A stretch of DNA of 64,000 bases. Origin: Utricularia gibba. Lineage: Eukaryota > Plantae > Magnoliophyta. Shown piece by piece: positions 38,047 to 48,539 of the stretch; within the stretch, counting starts at the first letter, position 1; the number at the start of each line of letters is the position of its first letter. The translations under genes and the position numbers were made by a program. The notes under the pieces were generated by a model that saw nothing but the letters and a program-made list of their open reading frames with translations, had not been told where the DNA came from and did not search any database. The DNA lies in the NCBI GenBank assembly GCA_002189035.1, contig NEEC01000017.1:1116001-1180000 (forward strand). Reading direction: 5' to 3'.

Positions 38047-41040
38047 ATGTCCCAGGAGTATCATCAGGGTGTATACAGTTTTTCTAGGGGTAGGTTCGAG
38101 AGATCGGGGAGGAAGACAATCAGATCGGTCGGGAAAAATTGAGGGTTTCGGGTTTCGATGCAGCGCCGCCGCAGCTGCATGATGGGGGTAGTGAGTTTCC
38201 GGTTTACGAGACGGAGGGTGTTTCTCTGGAGATGTTCAACTTTGCGAGCGGCGGGTCTGCGGCTGCTACAGAGTTACTTGAGAGCCAGATTCTTCATGGA
38301 TACCGGAATCCCGGAGACGGCAGCGCCGTGGATTGGTTTCAACCTCGGGATCTGACGAACCAATTTTTAGAACCGGGAAAAGAACAGACGAATCAGATTT
38401 CGAGTATTGATGCAGATTCAGCTGCGGCCATGCAGCTTTTTGTCATAAACTCACAGAAGCAAACATCTCCTCCGCCTTCTGCTGCTCCTTCGTCAACTTC
38501 CTCCGGTCAATTCCCGTGGTTTGTGAACACCGCGTCCGCCGCCGCAGGAGTTGTCGAAGGTCAAGGTCTTTCTTTGTCCTTGTCTTCACACAGAGCCGAA
38601 GAATTAAGAATGGGGGAAAGTGGGATGATGTTCTGCGGTGGCGTTTCTCCGCAGTACCCATTCAAAACCCTCTCCGGCGGCGCCGGAGTTTCTCACACCC
38701 ACGGTTTACCCTCTCCTTCATACAGTTCCTGGAACACGGTGAAGAAATCCAAGTACGGGAAAGCGGCCAGAGAATTGCTCGAAGAGTTCTGCACTGTCGG
38801 CAGAGGCCATATGAAGCGAACGAAATCAGTAAACCAAAACGCCGCCGTTTCCTCTCCTCCTGGTAAAGGTGCGCTGCCGCAAAGCTCCACCGCCGACAGG
38901 CTCGAGCATCAGAGGAGAAAGGTCAAATTGGTCTCCATGCTTGAAGAGGCACGTACAGCACACTCAGTTCTAATTTCTTTATTTTTTTTCAAAAAAAATA
39001 TTTAATTTTGAGACATATTAGTCGGTATTAAATGTTAATCTTTGATTATCCTATCATTAGCAGTAATTAATTATTGTATTATTTGCAGGTTGTATTCCAT
39101 TACTTTAATGGCAGCGACTGTTAAACTAAAAATAATTGAATTTATTTTATTCATGATTAGTTGCGTGATTATCGCCGTTGACTAAATTAAACATTCTTTT
39201 CATCATCATCATCATCTTCTTTTTCTCCGGCGAATTAATGCAGGTGGAGAGAAGGTACGGCCGTTACTGTGAGCAGATGCAGATGATCGTGAATTCCTTG
39301 GACATGGTCATGGGTTTCGGCGCAGCGGCGCCCTACACATCGCTGGCGCAGAAAGCCATGTCGCGGCACTTTCGGTCATTAAAAGACGCCATCTCCGGGG
39401 AGCTGAAGCGGACCTGCGAGGCGCTAGGTGAGAAAGAAGCCCCCATCTCCGGCATCACGAAGGGGAGACCCCCCGCCTGAGAATCTTGGAGCAGAACCTC
39501 CGGCAGCAGAAGGCGATTCACCAGATGGGCGGCGGCGCGTACGAACACGAAGCGTGGCGACCGCAACGTGGGCTTCCTGAGCGATCCGTCAACATTCTCC
39601 GAGCCTGGCTTTTCGAACATTTCCTGAATCCGTACGTCTCTTTCTAACCCTTTCTTCTTCTTACATGAAAACAGCAAGAAAAAAGCTTTCTTTTTCGGGC
39701 TAATTTTTTAAACCACTAATTTATTTTAAAAAATTATAAGTAAATTTATATTAGATTTTTCTTACCTTTAGTTTTAATGTTAGTGGGCCCCAGTTTCATG
39801 TTGTCTGGAAAAAAGGGTAACCTGAAATTGTTCACCTGCAATTAATTTTCTGCACATACGACATCCCATTAGACATCCTGCTAAAAACCATCATCTTCTT
39901 CCCCAATAAATGTTGGGGTCGACCCTCAAAACCTACTCTTTTGATAGTACTCAATGGGCATCCATGGAAACCCCTAAGCATAAGCAGAAGATGCTAAGGG
40001 ATCGGGAGTTCGATCCTCTGCCCTAATGTTTTCTAGTGATCACTGAAACCCTCCCACATATGTAGGCAAATTGGTGACAATCCAGATGAATTCTGTGTGG
40101 TTTCTTTGGATGTAATCTTCTGTTTGTGATGGTTGGAACCCCAGATAGGATAATGAAATGGGTGCTGAGAAAACCCTTGTGAAACAGTTTGTGTAGTTCG
40201 TCTGTGTTATGCAGTTGCGTTGAAGTATGCGCATGGTGTGGTTGGGAGGACTGTGAATGAATCTGAAGTCACTGTGCTTTGTGGTCTCTTTCTCAGGTAC
40301 CCAAGCGACGCAGATAAGCATCTCTTGGCACGGCAGACGGGTCTCTCTAAGAACCAGGTAATCCAACTGCATCTGATACCATTTCTGGGAAAAAGGGCAG
40401 CGGTGAAAATTTGAAGCTTGTTCGAAAATGGGAAGAAGATAAGATAAGGGTAGCTGTAAAAATCAAAACTTGTTTGAATCTTGGTGTGAAAAAAGGGAAA
40501 CCCAGTTCATGGTTCTGGATTCTGGTCCCGATGAAGTAAATTTCTGAAACAAAGTCAGGGCTTTTGCAGCTTTTTCTTTTCACCCCACTGAAACTGCTTT
40601 TGTTTTTTTTAATTCCTTACAAAATACTGTTGAAATGTATATTGTTTGTTTAGGTTTCCAATTGGTTCATCAATGCGAGGGTTCGGTTATGGAAGCCCAT
40701 GGTTGAGGAAATGTATCAGCACGAAGCGAAGGAAAAGGAGGAAGACGACGATGACGAAGAAGTTGACAATGAGCAGAGCAGCAGCTCCGGGCAAACGCCG
40801 ATGAGCGTCACCGCCTTTTCTCATCCTCATTCGAGTGCCCCTGATCCCTCACCGTCGCCGTCGATGCTGGATGCCGGCAAGCAGCGGACGGCGAGTGGTG
40901 ATATTGAAGCCAAGTTGATGAGTTTCGGGATGAGCGGTGGCGGCGGAAGTGGCGACGTCTCGTTGACGCTAGGTCTCCGCCAGGCCGGGAACACGTCTGA
41001 CAAGAGTCATTTATCGACTAGGGACTTTGGAGGTTATTGA
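38047..41040 (+). CDS. BLH2: BEL1-like homeodomain protein (BLH2/BLH4, SAWTOOTH-type), 4 exons; two -1 frameshifts in this sequence
   Basis: Exons 38047-38948, 39244-39631, 40297-40357, 40654-41040. Motifs [24 protein letters not shown] box [19 protein letters not shown] domain, homeodomain [27 protein letters not shown]...[13 protein letters not shown] and VSLTLGL. Exon 1 (902 nt) and exon 2 (388 nt) are each 1 nt short. Confidence 0.88.
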
Positions 41041-42148
41041 AAAAATGAAAAACTAAAACTATGTATTATTAAATAATAAATGTATTAAATGTCCTAGTAT
41101 TTCATTATTCAAAAAGGATTTAATATCGATCACGTATTAAAACTCCTTCTAGAATATTCTCGAATTTTGAGATGGGATTTGTATTTGCTATTCCACACCA
41201 TAAGTCAAGGTAATTACTGCACATAATAGGAAATTGGGAGTAGAATTACTGAATTAGGTTTTGATAATGAAGATCAATTTTGTCGAAATTGAAAACATTT
41301 AAAGGCTGCACTGAAATGAAATAATGGGAACTTATAATGACTATTTAATTTAAATATCAATTATGTCAAATATTGAAATGGGAAAGACCAAGCATTCCTG
41401 ATTTTTAAATAATAGAGATCAAATATATTTAATATTTAAAGCGTGTAGATAAAATATATGTAGAGAGTATAAAACTATTGAGATTAATTATATCTGATAC
41501 ATCAAATTTTGGAAAGTAAATATACTCAATAAGGACAAATCTTGCGAATGGTTGCGAAACGTCCGATTTATGTCAAATAGTAGGGATTATTTTTTATACT
41601 AGCTAATTGTTTGGTTTGGGAGTTTAGGTATATTTTATGTATTTAAGATCAAAATTATATTTGGTAATTGAGTTTTGTTTATTGAAATAATATATGATTA
41701 ACATGAACTATCTCTTGAAATAAGAATTTCACATAAAAGATGAGTTTCTATATATGTGCTTAATTAGGACTTAGAATGAGTTGTGTTTATTTTATTTTTT
41801 AAAAACATATATGTTTTTTTAAATCTAAGATAATCGTTAAGGTTCTAGCTATATATTAAACAAGGCCTAAGTTAAATAATGGAGGTTTTTTGCATAATTT
41901 GTTGTGATATGGGCCCCATGTGACGTGCTTCTAGTGTCGGCGTGTGGATAATAATCATTCGGTTACTCAAATGGGCTTTAAATTTAGCTGGGCCTACAGC
42001 CCATTATAAAAGGGCTAATCGCGACCTGAACGCTTTTTGGCGAATACATTTGTTGCTGGACCGAAGCTTAGTGGCAACTCTTTATTCTCATAACAAAAAC
42101 TCCACCGGAAACGAGGTACAGAGACGACCCAAAGGCATCCGTTGAACT

Positions 42149-42675
42149 TCAGTAGGGTTTCTCTCCGATAACATTGCCGGGAGGATTATACAGACAAAGA
42201 GTTAAGCTAGATCGCGCATTTGGGCAAACAGCCTGAGCGCATCCCAGCTCCTCCGTCTTCCGCCACACAACCTGAGTGTAAACCCCGCAGTGACGATTCG
42301 CGGCGCACGAATTGTTCTCGTAGGTGTAAAAGGCCTTTTCGGCGATCCATGACTCAACCACCATTCGCGGCGGTGGGGTGAACCCGCCGGCCCAGAGCTG
42401 ATTAGCGCCGTACATGCTGTTGCTCATATCCGCGAAGCTGCAATTTTGCTTATCTCTTTGAAGCCGAACATTGAGCCCAGCCGTCCTAGCTAGACCTGGG
42501 CTCCAACGGAGATTCGCGACGCCGACATCAGATCTGGCGCGGTTGTGCGCGTCGAGGTAGTCCACGGCGTCGGCGGGGATCGCCGGCGGAGGTGACACCG
42601 CCCCGCCGGAGGCGGCGGCGTAGCGGCGCGAGATGTGATGAGGAGAAGGGAGAGCGCAGTCAGTATTTGCAGCAT
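42149..42675 (-). CDS. Secreted CAP/PR-1-like (STS14-like) protein; one -1 frameshift after the signal peptide
   Basis: Signal peptide MLQILTALSLLLITSRAA starts at 42675 in one frame. The CAP domain (YLDAHNRARSDVGV..LRWS, YGANQLW, CGVYTQVVW, CLYNPPGNVIGEKPY*) is in another. The span is 527 nt, one short of 528. Confidence 0.87.
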
Positions 42676-42913
42676 TTTATGGCAGCGCCGTTTCTGTCCA
42701 ACGTTGAAGAGGCCGATTGCTTAAAACGGCAGCAAGATTTGGAGATAGGTAGCGGCACGTGATCAGCCTTGAATGGCTACTGAAAACGCACGTGGCCCGT
42801 CAAATATATTTAAAAGCATTTATTACCATGTTATTATTTACCTAATCAATTTATTAGCATTTTTTTAAAACGGAGAAAACTAATCGAAATACCAAATAGA
42901 AAACAAAAAAGTA

Positions 42914-42985
42914 GCGTTCAGAATGAGTAGGAGGTTAATTGATCGTCAACAGATTTCAGATCAAATTGATATCCTCATCACGCCC
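42914..42985 (-). ncRNA. Box C/D snoRNA guiding 25S rRNA 2'-O-methylation (possibly snoR7-type)
   Basis: Minus strand: C box GTGATGA (42981-42975), D' CTGA (42959-42956), C' TTGACGA (42949-42943), D CTGA (42921-42918), GCGT/ACGC terminal complementarity. The 12-nt guide CCTCCTACTCAT is antisense to the 25S segment AUGAGUAGGAGG (recalled). Confidence 0.75.
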
Positions 42986-43053
42986 ACTAACAAAAAAAAA
43001 AAAATGTAAAAACCAGAAATCGGAGAAGAAGATCAGAAAAATAAAAATCTCAG

Positions 43054-43147
43054 TTCCTCTCAGACAAATGCCTCGAAATGTCGTCACGATTCACACAAAA
43101 TGGATTTCGATCGGACTCGTCATCGTATTCTGTTCATCCCTGAAGAA
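43054..43147 (-). ncRNA. U15: Box C/D snoRNA U15 (dual guide for 25S rRNA domain IV)
   Basis: C box variant GGGATGA (43140-43134), D' CCGA (43114-43111), C' GTGACGA (43087-43081), D CTGA (43063-43060), terminal stem TTCTTC/GAGGAA. Guides CGAGGCATTTG and GATGACGAG are antisense to 25S GCCAAAUGCCUCGUCAUC. The +5 rule places the methylations at sites equivalent to yeast Am2281 and Gm2288. Confidence 0.82.
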
Positions 43148-43262
43148 GGCGACACCGGAAAAAAAAAACGGCACTCGCGCCAGAGAAACCAGAAAGGAAG
43201 AAGAAATCTAAGCACACATTCAAGTGAAGCAGTGCGATAGGAGAATAGACAAATTCTGGGGT

Positions 43263-43386
43263 TTTTATAGCGGAGAATTAGGGTTTTCGCTTGCTTTTGG
43301 ATTTAGGACTGGGCTGCCACAAGGGTTAAAGATTATAATGGGCTTTTCAGAAGCCATAGCCCAATTATCTTACTGCATCAGGCCCA
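43263..43386 (-). promoter_or_regulatory. snoRNA-cluster promoter: TATA, telo-box and four site-II elements
   Basis: On the minus strand TATAAAA (43269-43263) and AAACCCTA (43286-43279). TGGGCY motifs (either strand) at 43310, 43339, 43358 and 43381. Confidence 0.75.
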
Positions 43387-43538
43387 ATCCGGGATTAATA
43401 ATTTAAATTTTTTTATATAAATTAACCATGAAAATAATTATTAAATTGGATTAACAATTTAAATCCACAGTAAAATATTTTTTTATAGAAATTTTCTGAC
43501 AGGATTTATTGTAAAGCTAAGGGATTTGTGGTATTCTT

Positions 43539-44698
43539 TTATCCGGTGACTCGTGCTATAAAATCGAATATCGGAAAGACGAGGAGGAGGATGATTCCGG
43601 TGGTGTTGGAGACGCCGTGGCTCTGAGTGAAGGAGTTGCGGAAGCCGCCGGTAGCCCGGATGTGCTCTTGCAGAAGATAGCAGCCAATTCCCAAGCATAT
43701 GGCCACACCAAGCCAGTTACCTCTCAATGTATGCGCGAACAAATGGGGCGACACGATGAGCAGGAGAATCAGCGAGCCCGGTATCTCCAGACAGTCTGCG
43801 ATCATCAGTAAATTCAGCAGAGTTTGATTCATGGAGTGCTCGTATGCTTTTGTTATTTATACCTGGGAAATGTCTAGGGAAGAAAAGCCTGAGGACCACA
43901 GTGATAAACGCGACCCACTTTCCGAATTCTCCGCTGTGAATTCCCATCAAGGGAAAGAGTTTATGCAAGTAACATGGAGCTGGATCAAGGGGAGGGAGTT
44001 CATTCACCTGAGGAAGTTGAAGAGGGCAGATGGGAAACTGAAGAAGATGTAGGGGACGAGGAGTGTAGTCAGCATGTTGCTTCTCCAATTTGTTCGATCC
44101 AAGATCAGCAAGTAGCTGCAGTTAAACGAAGTCAGATCAGAAACAGATTCAGATCCAATAAGCTCTTTATTATGATTTGAAACATTGGGCATGACAAACA
44201 GTATCGCAGAACAGAGCACATAAACCTTGCTTCTAGGCGATTACAACACAAAATCCCTTGAAAATGCTGTTAGAATAGATTAGGCTACCATGATGATGAT
44301 TACATGCCGGTTCAAGAACCAAATCAGGATTCGGAATACACACCCTGCTCTGTATCTTTCACATTGAAAATGTCTTGTATAGATCCCCCTATTCAGGCTA
44401 ATTCGAAATCAACACTACTATTCCCTCATTTACATCCACTCGGATCGGCAAACTTTAGCATTCCAGAGTTTACCATACAAAGAAAAAGAATCACAAAATC
44501 AGGGAAGCAGAAGAGGACTGACATTGCAGATAAGGATGAGACCCATCTGAGCAATAAGGTGCCAACGGCAGTGCCACCCAATCCCGCCGCGTGATGGACG
44601 AGTTTCTCGGCGGCAAGTTTGAGATCTACGAAATCGGCATCAAGCAACGCCATCATCTCTTGATCGGTTTTCATGGCGATAAGATCGACTCTCTTCAT
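43539..44698 (-). CDS. COR413-PM: Cold-regulated COR413 plasma-membrane protein, 4 exons, 203 aa
   Basis: Exons 44698-44523, 44115-44008, 43933-43863, 43795-43539. Motifs YLLILDRTNWRSNMLTTLLVPY, GKWVAFI, RLFFPRHFP and YLLQEHIRATGGFRNSFT. Confidence 0.93.
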
Positions 44699-44847
44699 TT
44701 TTCTTCTCTTCCACAAGCCAACTCAACTCCCAATTCAGCAGATCACCCGTTCTCTCAAAGTACTACGAAGCTGGTGTGGTATGCACACATATATAGAAAG
44801 AAAGATGAGGAAGAAGGGAAGGCCACCATGATCGCCGTTGTGAAGGA

Positions 44848-44855
44848 ATGTCGGT
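44848..44855 (-). promoter_or_regulatory. DRE/CRT element upstream of COR413
   Basis: ACCGACAT on the minus strand, about 150 bp upstream of the ATG; TATATA-like box near 44790. Confidence 0.55.
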
Positions 44856-45029
44856 GCTACTTGTCATACCGCGCGCTTTTCATGGATCCAACGGCTATCT
44901 GATTAATTTGGGCCTAATCTTGATAATCCTAATCTTGTGTAATGGATCAAAGCAAAAGTGATTAAATACTCAAAACATACAATATCGTATTAAAAAGGGC
45001 ACCCGGTCATATTCATCCTCACTGTTATT

Positions 45030-45745
45030 AAAATTAGAATATTTAGTTCTTAGTGTTTAATTAAAATACATAATTAGTTCTCATATTTTAAAGTACTGGA
45101 CATATGTAGTCTCCATATTTTGATGTATAGAGTATATTGAATTTTCGATCTTTATTACTTCAATTATTTTTGATTCCTATGTTTTAAATATTGATTATAA
45201 CTGATTATCAATATTTAAAACCAGTTATAATAAGTACTGTTTAGAAAATTTTTAAAGTTTATTTATATTTTTCAAAAAATAAAAATAATTTTATTCTAAA
45301 ATGTTATCATAAAAATAATTCTATCAAAAATATTTTTAAAACTATACCGTAAAAATTATTTTTGGAAAAATAATAATTAAATTACTTTTACTTCTTATTT
45401 TTATTTTTCTAAAATAATTTTAAAAAATTATTTTCAAGTCACCCCCACCACCCATCCGTCCCCCACCCGTGCCAGTGGCGCACGGGCGATGGGCGACAGT
45501 GGGTAGTGTAGGCATGGGTGTGTTGCCAGAAGGGGTGGACGATCAATAATAGTAAAATTGAATTAGGAAAAAAAATTAGGAATCAATTGTATTATTTATG
45601 TGCATAGTGAAAATTGTTTTTACCAATTTTTAAATATTGGTGATCTATTACGAATAAATTTAAAATATTAGAGATTAAAACATTATTTATGAGGATCAAT
45701 TATAGCATTTAAACAAATAATAGAGACTATTCATATAATTTTCGC
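45030..45745. mobile_element. Degenerate Mutator-like MITE (long imperfect TIRs around a GC-rich core)
   Basis: The left arm (aaatacataattagttctcata) resembles the reverse complement of the right arm (aaatgctataattgatcctcata). GC-rich centre at about 45440-45545. No TSD resolved. Confidence 0.3.
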
Positions 45746-46244
45746 GTATTGAAAACATGGTTTATGACATTAGCATGGGACAATTAGAGCATCTTTAGTA
45801 ATTGAAAGAGTGACGTGTTTTTTCTTTATTAAGTTTTATTTATGAAGTTTTTTAATTTACTTTATTAATTTCCGAAAGCGAATAAGAAAATCATATAAAA
45901 AATATGAAGTGAAGTTTATTTACGGAAGTATGATTTACATAAGGAAACGAGATTTACTTTTTTTGATTTCCATAGAATGAGATTTCATCAAATTATTCAT
46001 TTCCATAAAAATAATAATGGTTTACAGAAAACAATATCAACATTTTCGGAAATTACTAAAGATGATCTTATACAAAGTGATAATATCGAAATTGATAACC
46101 AAATCGTTATTGAAGTCTTATTTGTGTTTGGTTTTAAAGTTAAAAAACGCGTAACTTTTCCAAAATAATGAAGAAAGAAGAAGCCCATTTAATCCAATTC
46201 ATATGAACAAAAGTAGAAACCCGGGATTTTTTATTGCGGCGGCA

Positions 46245-48245
46245 TCAACGGTCACGGCGGGGGACGCGGCCTTTTCGGACGTCGACGATCGTCGGATCAT
46301 GCGGATCGCAAAACTGGGGGTTAAATTTGCACCCAAATTTGGCCATCCATGAATTCTGTTTCTCTGCAAGGTGACGTGGCGTGGGGCCCATCTTTGCCAT
46401 CGCTTTCCTCATGTTGGTGCACTGCCTCTCCAGCTGGTGGACCCGCGTCCTCATGGTATCCATATTCACGCGAAGCACGTGATTGTCCGTGACCGCTGAT
46501 CTCCACGCGCTGCTCTCCTCATCGGCGCGTGACGAATCTCCGCTGTTTTCCCTCAACGGTGTTCCGCCGATGGCGTGGCGGAGCTGGAGCTGCTCGAAGA
46601 ACAGCACCTGAACCACCGCTCGCAGCGGCAGACGCTCGTTCTGCGCCGCGTGGGCGCATGCTTCCAGCGTCAGCTTCTGGTAGCTGAGAGCGCCGCAGAT
46701 TTTTCCTCTTTCTTCCTCTGAGATCCATGGATGCGCCTGTAAGGAATAAGAGTAAATGATCCAAGGTGACGTGGCGTCGGAATTGTTTATGTTGATTTTG
46801 AATGGAATGAACTTCACCACCTTGAAGTATACGTCGACGGCGCGGTAAAGCCCGTCGTCGAAGACTCTGGCGTTGTACGGTAGCGCGACGGCGAGGTTGA
46901 AGAATTTCTCCGGCTTCAAATTGGCGTCGGAGGCGATTTCCGACAAGTAAGCGTCGATGAGTTTGCCGACCGATTTCAACGATACGGATTCATCGTCTTC
47001 GATTTCTTGAAGAAAGTAGGCCAATATTCTTTCTATAATCGACGTCGTAAAGCGTCTCGTTCAGGTAGGAGTAGCTGGGAACCAGAAGATCGTCTAAAGT
47101 TGCTTGCTCTAATTGCGATCCGATTTTTCTCTCCAGTTTCAGGCATGAAGATTCAGAGGCGTTGAGAATGTAGGCCGTACGGAGTAATCCGAACATGAAT
47201 TTCGTGAAGCTTCCGGCTGATCGCAGGCTCTTCTCCTTGGGGATGTTTGAGATGATTGTTTCCAGTATCTCTCTCTGTTCGTTCTCCAACGGCGGAGTAT
47301 CGGCGGATGGCAGCGTTGGGTTTCTACATGTCCGTACAATTCTCTTTGCGTACTGCACAAGACAGATCTCCATAATTTCGTTGCCCAGATTCAGAGCTTT
47401 CAGGGAGAAAATCAAGCGTTTGAAGAATGGGAGACTCAATCGGCTGATTTCATCGAACCAAGAGGCGCTTCCGTTCTTTGCGGTGGCGTCGCTCACGATC
47501 CACCCAAACGGCGACGGATCTACGACGGCCGCTCTAGTGGCGATGGCCTCTATGCATCTCTGAACAATCCCCAAGTCTTCAGCCATGGGCAGCAAATTCT
47601 GGCAGGAGATAAGCGTTCTCAAAGAATGCTTGATATTTTTCAGAACGCATTGCGAGATAAACCTCTCCGTCGTCGCAATCAGGTTGTCGTCGCATAAATC
47701 CTCCATCATTTCCAGGTACTCGGCGGCGCAGCGGAGGGCAGCGACGTTAGAAGACGAGAGTTCGATTTCCAAGCCGTAGCAGAACTTCGAGACAGTCTCG
47801 AATGACTCTGAACCTCCTGGAAAATGCGGTAGCTTGATCCAGCACTTGTCCTCTTCCTCCATGATCTCAAATCCCTGGTAACGATCATCGGGACCCTGGG
47901 CACTCCCGAATCTCATCCCCTGTTCCTCAATCATCTCGTGAAGTTTCATACTCTTGGAGGTGAGTGGAAACTGAAAGATGAATCAAAATCGGATTCAGAA
48001 CAAGACTAAGGGAGATAACAGAGCGAAGTTTCAGGGGAAGTTCTGCAATTTGAAGACGGCAGGCACCTTGTAAAGATGAAAAACAGCATCATCTACTTCG
48101 ATTATCACGTCGCTGGGCAATCCAGCTTCGCAGAACCTGCAACAGCAACGAAATGTACATTCAAACATGTCTCTATTCTACAATATTCAAACCTTAAATA
48201 TGTTGGTACTCACCATTCTTGCCCTCTGAGTTTCTCTGCAGCCAT
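46245..48245 (-). CDS. NPH3/RPT2-like BTB/POZ protein, 4 exons; one frameshift in this sequence
   Basis: Exons 48245-48214, 48136-48067, 47970-46821 (1150 nt, off-frame), 46736-46245. Motifs WFCEAGLPSD, FPGGSESFETVSKFCYG, LEQATLDDLLVPS, LYDVD, DGLYRAVDVY and HAAQNERLPLR..VQVLFFEQ. Confidence 0.9.
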
Positions 48246-48539
48246 TCTTCTGAAGAACCACAAGTTGTCAGCTGGAAAAAGATTTCAGAGGACGCTGCGG
48301 CTGCTGCGTCTTGAAGTTGATTGAAGAACAAACGCCTGCTGCTTTCGATGAGATGTAGGTAATGCCCACGGGATGAACTGAGCAAACCCCGAGCCTACCC
48401 GAAGGATGATAGAGAGAACTCGGTGGCACTGAGAATGCTACTGGTACCAGTCATCTCGTGGCAGTGAGAGAATAAGCTTGCCCACTCGGCAGTTTTCAAG
48501 CTGTGGGTCTTGGGATGGGGTTTACCATTAGTCACTCGG

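Noticed and set aside
38100-42610. Programmed ribosomal frameshifting as the explanation for the G-run breaks
   Set aside because: No canonical slippery heptamer or stimulatory structure, and these families are not known to frameshift; sequencing error or mutation is simpler.
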